DNA of 58,495 nt. Origin: a virus. Its lineage: Duplodnaviria; Caudoviricetes. Made by a program: the position numbers and the translations under genes. The stretch's first letter is position 1. Every line of letters begins with the position of its first letter. The notes beneath the pieces are model-generated. The model had not been told where the DNA came from. It did not search any database and saw nothing but the letters and a program-made list of their open reading frames with translations. The stretch covers positions 1 through 58,495 of IMG/VR virus record IMGVR_UViG_3300006918_000002. One strand, 5' to 3'. Shown in pieces: positions 1 through 7,633 of the stretch.

Positions 1-423
1 GAGCCGGAGCCCGAGGACGACGACGAGGAGGAGGACGAGGCCGAGGAGCCTGCCTCCGACGAGGCCCGCGAGGAACGAGAGGAGGAGCTCGAGGAGCTCT
101 CGGCGGCGGAGCTGAAGGCCATCCTCAAGGGCGACCACGGCCTGAAGCTGGCCGCGTACAAGGGGAAGACCGAGGACGAGCTGCGGGAGATGATCCTGGA
201 GCTGGAGTTCCCGGCCGACGCCGACGAGGACGAGGAAGGCGAGGGCGAGGGGGTCGACCTGGAGGCCCTCGAGGAGGAGCTCGGCGAGCTGTCCCTGGCG
301 GAGCTGAAGAAGAAGGCCAAGGAGTACGGCCTGACGCTGGCGGACTACCGGGGCAAGAGCGAGGAGGAGATCATCGACCTGATCCTCACCAAGCTCGAGG
401 AGGACGGCGAGCCGCCGTTCTAA
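1..423 (+). CDS. C-terminal part of the SSB-like protein that starts at 57939 (wraps the window ends); acidic linker, two helical repeats, EPPF tail
   Basis: Frame 1 is open from base 1 (EPEPEDDDEEE...) to TAA at 421-423 and is in frame with 57939 once the 11-nt terminal overlap is merged. Confidence 0.75.
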   Translation, partial: EPEPEDDDEEEDEAEEPASDEAREEREEELEELSAAELKAILKGDHGLKLAAYKGKTEDELREMILELEFPADADEDEEGEGEGVDLEALEEELGELSLAELKKKAKEYGLTLADYRGKSEEEIIDLILTKLEEDGEPPF

Positions 424-446
424 CCAGCCACCGTTCACAATGAACC

Positions 447-481
447 CTCAGCCCCCGGGAGCTTCGGCACCGGGGGCTGAG
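447..481 (+). terminator. Stem-loop after the SSB-like gene, probable intrinsic terminator
   Basis: CTCAGCCCCCGG/CCGGGGGCTGAG arms around a C-TTCG-G loop, just downstream of the stop. Confidence 0.7.
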
Positions 482-1056
482 TGCTGTTCCGGGCATTCTC
501 TACCCGGGAGTTCTCCCGGCTCCTTGTGCGCCCGAGCGCGCGTAAGGCAGCCACCATAACGCACTCCTTCCGCGTTGTGCCTCCCGACCACGCTGGCGAT
601 GCCACGAGGTACCGCGCGCCCCCTCAGCTGAGCCGTGAGACGACTGAGATGCCTGGCGGGTACAACGTGCCGGGAATGGGTGTCCGTGCGCTCTACGGCT
701 CAGCTGGCACAGAACCTCCTCTCCTCCCCAAGAAAAAAGGAACCCCCCTTGCCGAAAAACGGTGTGTGCCCCTTACGCGCGTGCGCAAAGACGCCCGGAC
801 CTTCTTCGGCACGGCCTGCGGCCACCCCCGGGGAGGACGGGACATACGCGGGGTCCTGCCTCGAAGGAGGAAGGGGTCCGGTCGACCCTCCGGTCTGCGG
901 GGACGTTTGGGTTCTTGGCCCCGATAAGGCAAGCTGGCACCCACGTGCCCCCAGCACCGAAACCACAATCGAAAAACGTTTAGTGTCAGGGACTTCCACT
1001 AGTAGTAGATCTCTCTCACACTCACACACTATTCTCACTAGTAGGAGGAGGAGTTA
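482..1056. other. Largely non-coding region, candidate replication origin/control region
   Basis: No ORF with phage-like composition; A-tracts, an 11-bp inverted pair (537-547/771-781) and an AT-rich low-complexity tract near 960-1050; lies between SSB and primase-helicase. Confidence 0.4.
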
Positions 1057-1416
1057 GTGATGGTGGATGACGCCCTTACGGTGAAACACACCCCTGAGCA
1101 GGCGTGGGGCGGACCCAGAACCCCGACGTGGCGGCAACAGGGCAAGAGGGCTGTCATCCTGCTTCCGGCGGAGGTGTACGAGGTGGTCCGCGACGTCGGG
1201 TATATGACTCGCTGGTCCGCTCGGGATCTGAACTTCCAGATCTACTGCGCTGGCGCGGAATCGTTGCTAGGCGTGCCGTTCAGCGCGCTGTTCGGGGAGT
1301 ACACGTACGACCCCTCCCTCCGCGTCCCCCATCGCAGCCAGCGGCCTGTCGGGCACGACGAGGTTCGGGAGCTGGTCAGGCAAGCCTTCCTCTTCGGGGC
1401 TCACGATGGCGACTGA
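1057..1416 (+). CDS. Hypothetical protein
   Basis: GGAGGAGGAG RBS upstream; 119-aa ORF coupled to the next gene. Confidence 0.6.
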   Translation: MMVDDALTVKHTPEQAWGGPRTPTWRQQGKRAVILLPAEVYEVVRDVGYMTRWSARDLNFQIYCAGAESLLGVPFSALFGEYTYDPSLRVPHRSQRPVGHDEVRELVRQAFLFGAHDGD

Positions 1417-1663
1417 GCGGCGCAAGGGCGTCACGCCGGAGCGCCAAGCCCTCAACCGCCACCTGCACCGCCACCACGACGGGGCGACGGCCCGAGGGAG
1501 CCTCGAAGACAAGTTCACCGCGCATGACGACCTTCACTGGCAGGCGCAGCGCGCAGGAGTCGACCTCGGGCACCGCCACACTCCGTGGCAGGAGGGAGAG
1601 TCGGACCTCCAGATGGCACAACGATTCCTCGCCGACGGCGACGCTACAGATGCTCAGGAGTGA
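1406..1663 (+). CDS. Small His-rich hypothetical protein
   Basis: 85 aa, RHLHRHH...HDDLH...HRH; fills the gap before the primase. Confidence 0.6.
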   Translation: MATERRKGVTPERQALNRHLHRHHDGATARGSLEDKFTAHDDLHWQAQRAGVDLGHRHTPWQEGESDLQMAQRFLADGDATDAQE

Positions 1664-1667
1664 ACGG

Positions 1668-4535
1668 ATGGGCAAGCCTGCTTCGCCACAGATGAAGGAA
1701 CTTCTCTCTCCGTGGTTGACCGGGAGCGAGAACGACGGGGGCGAGCACCGCGCCTACTGCCCGATGTGTGAAGACCCTGGCACGTCAACGTCTCCGTCGG
1801 CCAGCATCAACTTCGGCACCGGTCTCTTCCAGTGCTTCGCCGGGTGCGGCGGGTTGAGCCTGCGCGACCTGGTCGGGATGCTGCGCGAGGAGGGGTCCCT
1901 CCCCCCGGCGTCCCCTCGCAGCCGGAAGGTCACCTCGATCACCGATGCCCCCAGCAGACGGGCTGCGGCAGGAGACGAGGGGGTGGCGGCCAAGCTCCCG
2001 ACGGAGGAGGCGTTGCGGGAGTTCACGGAGCGCCTGCTCTCCAGTAGCGTCAACCTGAAGACCATGCGCCAGAAGCGCGGGCTGACCGTGGAGACCATCG
2101 AGAAGTTCGGATTGGGTTACCACGACGGCAGGTTCACGATTCCAGTGCGGGACGCGAAGGGCGTGCTCGTCAACGTCCGGAAGTACAAGCCCAGCGCTCG
2201 AGAGCCGAAGGACAAGATGCTGTCCTGGAGTCGGGGCACCGGGAACCGACGGCTGTTCCTGCCGGAAGTGTTGGAGCACCACGACGAGGTCGTTCTGGTC
2301 GAGGGCGAGATGGACGCCATCATCGGCCAGCAGTACGGCCTCCCCACCATGAGCCACACCGCAGGCGCGGCAGCCTGGGATCCCCGGTGGAACCTGGAGT
2401 TCGAAGACAAGATCGTGTTCATCTGCTACGACTGCGATGACGCGGGGCGACGCGGGGCGCGGAAGGTCGAGGCGCAGCTTCAGCGGTACGCCAAGCGAGT
2501 GCACGTGATTGCCTTGCCCCTGAAGGGGAAGGGTGACGACCTCACGAACTACTTCGTGGACCAGGGCTTCGGCGCGGCGGACTTCAAGCTGCTCATGGAG
2601 GAGGCTCGGAACAAGGTCACGCGGTCCGCGCACCTCGGCCACATGCGAGCGCAGGAGCCGAAGCCGGTTTCGCTGGAAGGGTCGATGGACGGCCGCTACC
2701 ACGAGGTCCCCTTGGAGTTCACGGCGACGGTAGCAGGCAAGGTCCAGCCCGCGTACATGATGCCGAAGCGCCTGGAGTTCGCGTGCAACGAAGGCGGAGG
2801 CGCGCGGTGTGGGCGGTGCCCCATCTCCGGTCGGAACCAACTCGAGGTAGAGATCCCCGAGCACGACCCGCTGATCCTGGAGCTGGTCGACAAGTCGAGC
2901 GAGGGCTCTCGCACGGCCATGCTGAAGCACAACGGGATTCCGCACACCTGCCCCGACGTGGAAGTGACGGAGCGGGAGGTCTACAGCGTCGAGGAGCTGA
3001 TCACCGTTCCGCCCGCCGACATCCAGGTGGGCAGCGTGAATCAGGTCGACCGTCGGGTGTACAACGTGGGGCCGCACAACACGCCGGTCAACACGAAGAT
3101 CCGGTTCGTGGGAGTGAACACCACGGACAAGCGCAACCGTCGCGCTGCGCTCCAGACATGGGTGAGCGAGCCGACCACCACGAACCTCGAAGAGTTCGAG
3201 ATGACGCCCGCCATGCTCAAGAAGCTGGCGGTGTTCCAGCCCGCCCCCGGGCAGAGCCCGGTGCGCAAGCTGCGGGAGATCGCGCAGGACCTCGAGGCCA
3301 ACGTGACTCGCATCTATGGTCGGGAAGAGCTGCACATGGCCTACGACCTGGTCTGGCACAGCGCGCTCAACTTCCGCTTCCGGGGCGTCGACGTCGGAAA
3401 GGGGTGGCTCGAGCTCCTGGTGATCGGCGACACCCGTACCGGCAAGAGCGAGGCAGCGCACCGCCTGTGCGAGCACTACCGCTCGGGCGTGCTGACCACC
3501 TGCGAGGGCGCGACGTTCGCCGGTCTGGTCGGGGGTGCCCAGCAGCTCACCAACACGTGGATGGTCAGCTGGGGCACCATCCCCCTGAACGACCGCAGGC
3601 TCGTCGTCCTCGATGAGTTCGGTGGCCTGGCAGGGAAAGGCATCATCGAGCAGATGAGCTCGGTCCGGTCCAGCGGCAAGGCGCAGATCAATAAGATCGT
3701 GAAGCAGGAGACCAACGCCCGGACCCGGCTGGTCTGGATCGCCAACCCGGCGGACGGCCGGAAGATCAACGAGCTCAGCAACGGGGCCATCGACGCCGTG
3801 AAGGGCTTGGCTGCGAACCCGGAGGACATCGCCCGATTCGACTTCGCGATGGCGGTAGCCAGCAACGAGGTTGACAGCAGCACCATCAACACGGAGACCC
3901 CTCCCGTGGTGCGCCACCGGTACACGCAGGAGCTGTCGAGCGCGCTGGTGTGTTGGGTCTGGTCGCGCACGGTGGAGCAGATCCTCTGGGAAGAGGGCGT
4001 CGAGAAGTTCGTTCTGGAGCGTGCGCAGGAAGTGGGGCAGCGGTACATCAGCGACCCGCCCTTCGTGCAGGTGGAGAACGTCCGGCTGAAGATCGCTCGG
4101 GTCGCGGTGGCGGTGGCGGGGCGTCTGTTCAGTTGCGACAGTACGGGCGAGAAGATCGTGGTGACACGAGACCACGTGATCGCGGCGGAGAAGCTGCTCG
4201 ATCGGTTCTACAAGATGCCGTCGATGGGTTACGCCAGTTACAGCGCCAAGGTCATCCGCGATCGCCGGAAAGCCCAGCACAATAAGGAGGTCATCGAGGC
4301 CTTCCTGCGGGACCGCCGAGAAGACGTCTACGTCACGTTGCGCGTAGCAGGCGGCGATCCCTTCCGCATGAGGGACTTCGAAGAGTTCGCCGCCATGAGC
4401 CGACTGGACGCTCAGGAGGCCGTGCGCATGTTGCAAGAGCATCGTATGGTGAGACGTCAGAGCAAGGGCTACATTCGTTCTGAGCCAGCACTTCTTGAGG
4501 TGCTGAAGAGACTGGAGGCAGAGTGGGATGACTAG
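1668..4535 (+). CDS. Bifunctional primase-helicase: Zn finger + Toprim primase + MCM-family AAA+ helicase
   Basis: CPMC...CFAGC zinc finger; Toprim VLVEGEMDA and YDCDDAG; MCM-like GDTRTGKS, VVLDEF, WIANP, ARFD; AGGAG RBS before ATG 1668. Confidence 0.88.
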   Translation: MGKPASPQMKELLSPWLTGSENDGGEHRAYCPMCEDPGTSTSPSASINFGTGLFQCFAGCGGLSLRDLVGMLREEGSLPPASPRSRKVTSITDAPSRRAAAGDEGVAAKLPTEEALREFTERLLSSSVNLKTMRQKRGLTVETIEKFGLGYHDGRFTIPVRDAKGVLVNVRKYKPSAREPKDKMLSWSRGTGNRRLFLPEVLEHHDEVVLVEGEMDAIIGQQYGLPTMSHTAGAAAWDPRWNLEFEDKIVFICYDCDDAGRRGARKVEAQLQRYAKRVHVIALPLKGKGDDLTNYFVDQGFGAADFKLLMEEARNKVTRSAHLGHMRAQEPKPVSLEGSMDGRYHEVPLEFTATVAGKVQPAYMMPKRLEFACNEGGGARCGRCPISGRNQLEVEIPEHDPLILELVDKSSEGSRTAMLKHNGIPHTCPDVEVTEREVYSVEELITVPPADIQVGSVNQVDRRVYNVGPHNTPVNTKIRFVGVNTTDKRNRRAALQTWVSEPTTTNLEEFEMTPAMLKKLAVFQPAPGQSPVRKLREIAQDLEANVTRIYGREELHMAYDLVWHSALNFRFRGVDVGKGWLELLVIGDTRTGKSEAAHRLCEHYRSGVLTTCEGATFAGLVGGAQQLTNTWMVSWGTIPLNDRRLVVLDEFGGLAGKGIIEQMSSVRSSGKAQINKIVKQETNARTRLVWIANPADGRKINELSNGAIDAVKGLAANPEDIARFDFAMAVASNEVDSSTINTETPPVVRHRYTQELSSALVCWVWSRTVEQILWEEGVEKFVLERAQEVGQRYISDPPFVQVENVRLKIARVAVAVAGRLFSCDSTGEKIVVTRDHVIAAEKLLDRFYKMPSMGYASYSAKVIRDRRKAQHNKEVIEAFLRDRREDVYVTLRVAGGDPFRMRDFEEFAAMSRLDAQEAVRMLQEHRMVRRQSKGYIRSEPALLEVLKRLEAEWDD

Positions 4536-4656
4536 ACCTCTTGCGGTCGGCAGCCGCCGACTGGCACGGTATTCGTGGGTGGCACCGGAGAGCGATCTGT
4601 GGGTGGTGCTGCGGGCGATGACCTCCGGTGCCACCCCCTTCGGCACAGGGGTCTGA

Positions 4657-5220
4657 ATGTTCACTGTGTACTTTCTCCACCACGAGTCCTCCCTCACCGC
4701 AATGGCTCTCAGCGACGACCACCTTCGGGAGCAACTGGTCGAGACGGAGAGCCTTCTCGAGGTCCTGCGCCAAGGCGGCGATCAGTCGAAGTTGTTGGCG
4801 TACCGGATGTTTCGAGGCTACGACATGTTCCTGCTGCGCCACTTGTGGCAGCTCGCCCACGAGGGCCGGAGACGCAGGATGTGCGGTTACGGGGCTGACG
4901 ACCCGTATCTTCGGCAGCACGCGCAGTTCCAGCGGCACGGGATCCCCCTCGTGCTGAAGGTCCCGCGCTGGTCGGGAGCAGCGTGGCTGTACGAGTCGCA
5001 CCGGTCACAGATGATCCTCCGTGACCCGGCTCACTACGCCTGGCGCTTTCCCCGGACCCCGCTGGGGATGCCGTACCTGTACCCCCAGAACGTTCCCGGC
5101 CACTTCGAGTTCACCGTTGACGTGGCGCTGGGGGATCGGCTCTGGCTGAAGGACGGCCGTCGCGTGATCCCCCGATCTATGCTCGAGAAGTACACCCATC
5201 TCCAGGAGGCGTTCGTATGA
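4657..5220 (+). CDS. Pyrimidine-dimer DNA glycosylase/endonuclease V-like protein (MSMEG_6728-like), degenerate
   Basis: L-DD-L-EQ-VE, RMFRGY, PRW-G, ESHRSQM-LRDP-HY, PY-YP pattern recalls this family. Confidence 0.6.
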   Translation: MFTVYFLHHESSLTAMALSDDHLREQLVETESLLEVLRQGGDQSKLLAYRMFRGYDMFLLRHLWQLAHEGRRRRMCGYGADDPYLRQHAQFQRHGIPLVLKVPRWSGAAWLYESHRSQMILRDPAHYAWRFPRTPLGMPYLYPQNVPGHFEFTVDVALGDRLWLKDGRRVIPRSMLEKYTHLQEAFV

Positions 5221-6047
5221 CCACGGTGTTGGTGCTGGGCTGCGGTCCGGCGGGGCTGTTGGCCGCGCACGCGGCTAGCTACGTCGAGGGCGCGAAGGTG
5301 GTGATCGTGAGCGCCAAGAGGAGGTCGGATCTGTACGGGTGCCAGTATCTCCACAGCGCGATCCCCGGGCTTCGGTTGGCACGCACCGAGGTCTCCTACG
5401 AACTGCTCGGGAACGTCGCGGACTACGAGGCCAAGGTGTACGGCGCACCGGGGGCGGGCGGTCCGGTCAGCCCGACGCTCTTCTCGGGCCGTTACCCCGC
5501 GTGGGACATCCGGCAGGCATATGACCTCCTGTGGTCCCGCTACGAAGCCAAGATCCTGGACGTCCAGCTGTCCCCCGAGATGATCCGCCCGATGATCGAG
5601 TACTACGAAGCGGATCTGGTCGTGAGCAGCGTCCCGCTCCCCGTGCTGTGCCAGCGCCCCGAGGAGCACTCGTTCTCCGGCATCACGTGCTGGGCGATGG
5701 GCGACGCTCCCGCGCTGGGACAACGGGTTCCCGTGCCGTGCCCGGAGGACACGGTGATCTGCGACAGCACGCGCGACACGGGGTACTACCGCGTCTCCCG
5801 CGTGTTCGGGCACTCCACGGTCGAGTGGCCGGGACACCGCCATCGCCCGCCGATCGAGGGAGTGGTCAAGTTCACGAAGCCGTTGGCCACGACGTGCACG
5901 TGCTGGCTCGGCATCGGAGACACGCCGGACCAGCGTCCCGTCGTGCACCGCGTCGGGCGGTTCGGCCGGTGGCAGAAGGGGATTCTGGCGCACGAGGCGT
6001 TCAACGACACGATCAAGGCGCTCTCGGCGCTGGCGGAGAAGGTGTGA
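5217..6047 (+). CDS. FAD/NAD(P)-dependent oxidoreductase
   Basis: N-terminal VLVLGCGPAGLLAA Rossmann motif; C-terminal VGRFGRW as in UDP-galactopyranose mutase/amine oxidase-type flavoproteins. Confidence 0.8.
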   Translation: MTTVLVLGCGPAGLLAAHAASYVEGAKVVIVSAKRRSDLYGCQYLHSAIPGLRLARTEVSYELLGNVADYEAKVYGAPGAGGPVSPTLFSGRYPAWDIRQAYDLLWSRYEAKILDVQLSPEMIRPMIEYYEADLVVSSVPLPVLCQRPEEHSFSGITCWAMGDAPALGQRVPVPCPEDTVICDSTRDTGYYRVSRVFGHSTVEWPGHRHRPPIEGVVKFTKPLATTCTCWLGIGDTPDQRPVVHRVGRFGRWQKGILAHEAFNDTIKALSALAEKV

Positions 6048-6274
6048 TGTTCGCTAAGATCAGGATCGACTTCGAAGACGGCATGTACTTCATGGCCTCC
6101 CGCGTGGAGTACACCGAGGACCAGTTCTCCCTGGAGGAGAGCGAGTTCGACAGGATCACCGTCGAAGGGGAGTCCGTCGTGCGGGAGACCCTGAAGGGCG
6201 TGACGCTGGGGTTCCAGGGCGTCGCCCGCCCGAACGACGACGGCACGCTGTACGAGTGGGGGAAGTCGGAATGA
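6047..6274 (+). CDS. Hypothetical protein
   Basis: TGATG coupling upstream and ATGA coupling downstream; MFAKIRIDFEDG... Confidence 0.65.
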   Translation: MFAKIRIDFEDGMYFMASRVEYTEDQFSLEESEFDRITVEGESVVRETLKGVTLGFQGVARPNDDGTLYEWGKSE

Positions 6275-6939
6275 AGGCGAAGCTGGCCCCGCGCAGAGCG
6301 ATGAGCGCGACGCCGGGAACGGTGCTGCGCCCCGTTGTCGGCATCGACATCGACGGCACGCTGGCGTTCTGGCACGAGCACTTCCTCTGGTTTGCCAGCG
6401 AGTACACCGGGAAGAAGATGCCGGAGAAGTTCACCGGAGCGGGATCCCTTTATCAAGAGATGGGGATGAGCAGGACGCTCTACCGACAGATCAAGCTGGC
6501 ATACCGGCAGAGCGGCCTGAAGCGCGCCATGAGCCCGGTGCCCGGGGCTGCCGACATGGTGGCTGCGGTGCGCAAGGCGGGGGCGGAGGTCTGGGTCTGC
6601 ACGACGAGGCCGTACCTGCGCCTGGACAACATCGACCCCGACACCCGGGCATGGTTGCGCCGCAACAGGATCACCTTCGACGGCGTCCTGTTCGGCGAGA
6701 GAAAGTATCAAGACCTCGCCACGCTGGTAGGCTCAGAACGGGTCATCGGCGTCATCGATGACCTGCCGTACCAGGTGGAGAACGCGGAGCGTGCGGGGCT
6801 GAAGGCTCGGATGATTCAGCGGACGTACAATCAGAGATGGTGGGGTCAGTTGCGCCACGACCCCCTCCCCTCTCTCCCCGCAGCCCGCGTGTGGTTGGCC
6901 GACGAGATCCATCGATGGAAGGGAAGCAACGGTGTCTGA
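6271..6939 (+). CDS. HAD-superfamily phosphatase, 5'(3')-deoxyribonucleotidase-like
   Basis: DIDGTL motif I, CTTRP motif II, K, IDDLP motif IV, YN near the C-terminus. Confidence 0.85.
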   Translation: MKAKLAPRRAMSATPGTVLRPVVGIDIDGTLAFWHEHFLWFASEYTGKKMPEKFTGAGSLYQEMGMSRTLYRQIKLAYRQSGLKRAMSPVPGAADMVAAVRKAGAEVWVCTTRPYLRLDNIDPDTRAWLRRNRITFDGVLFGERKYQDLATLVGSERVIGVIDDLPYQVENAERAGLKARMIQRTYNQRWWGQLRHDPLPSLPAARVWLADEIHRWKGSNGV

Positions 6940-7408
6940 GAAGAGCAGGGATCAGGTGTGGAACGTCTTCGCGGAAGCGCTCCAGACCTTCGACGTGAAG
7001 AACGCCGACTACGGTGACGCGTGGCGCAAGAGCGGATGGCGCGGCAACCTGCCCCGCATCTTCGAGAAGGTCGAGAGGGTGCGCGAGCTGCTGTGGCGGC
7101 CGGACCCCCGGACCCCTGCGGTGAACGACGAGTCGGCCGTGAACACGTTGGTGGACCTGATGAACAGCATCGCGTTCGCCGTGGTCAATCTCCGCGAGGA
7201 GGTCGAGTACGGCAGCGAAGTGCCGCGCAGCGAGCGCACCGCCTGGAACCCCAGCGTCGACTCGATCATGTCCCGGGAGGCCCCGACGACCGTGGTGCCG
7301 AACCACCTTCTGTCGGAGACCTTCTCCCCCGCGCACGTGACGCCCCTCGACGAGCCCGAGAAGATCTCCGTGGCCAAGCGGCCGATCGTGGACAACCCGC
7401 AAGCGTGA
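6932..7408 (+). CDS. DUF1599/Nmad1-like nucleotide-modification-associated all-alpha protein
   Basis: F-KNADYGDAW...RIFEK-ER...ES-NTL-DL-N pattern. Confidence 0.7.
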   Translation: MSEKSRDQVWNVFAEALQTFDVKNADYGDAWRKSGWRGNLPRIFEKVERVRELLWRPDPRTPAVNDESAVNTLVDLMNSIAFAVVNLREEVEYGSEVPRSERTAWNPSVDSIMSREAPTTVVPNHLLSETFSPAHVTPLDEPEKISVAKRPIVDNPQA

Positions 7409-7468
7409 CGACCTCGGGGTGGGGTGCGGTGTCACGACCCGCATCCCGCCCCGTACCAAGGAGAGCAC

Positions 7469-7633
7469 ATGCCCTGGACGTGGTATCTGGCGAAGTGCGA
7501 GGACTGCGAGCCCCCGCTGTCCATCCCCTTCCGCGCCGAGCAGGCTCGGGATGAGTGGGTCGAGGCGCATCGCTGGGGGACGGAGAAGTTCAAGGAGGGC
7601 GGCCACACCGTGACCAAGGGCGGTCACGACTGA
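7469..7633 (+). CDS. Small Zn-finger protein
   Basis: GGAGAG RBS; CEDC...RDEW-EAH...GH; coupled to dnaE. Confidence 0.6.
   Translation: MPWTWYLAKCEDCEPPLSIPFRAEQARDEWVEAHRWGTEKFKEGGHTVTKGGHD

Noticed and set aside
481-1057. ORFs 481-927 and 635-1057 as genes
   Set aside because: R/P/G-rich translations, no RBS and weak codon bias; more consistent with non-coding DNA
1104-1667. N-terminal extension of the primase ORF as listed (1143 aa)
   Set aside because: Low-complexity R/S/G translation overlapping two better ORFs; the RBS supports a start at 1668
1785-4697. 970-aa minus-strand ORF, and similar long antisense ORFs at 8056-10662, 33972-37142, 49863-52259 and 51940-54132
   Set aside because: Shadow ORFs of GC-rich + strand genes with clear motifs; no protein-like features of their own
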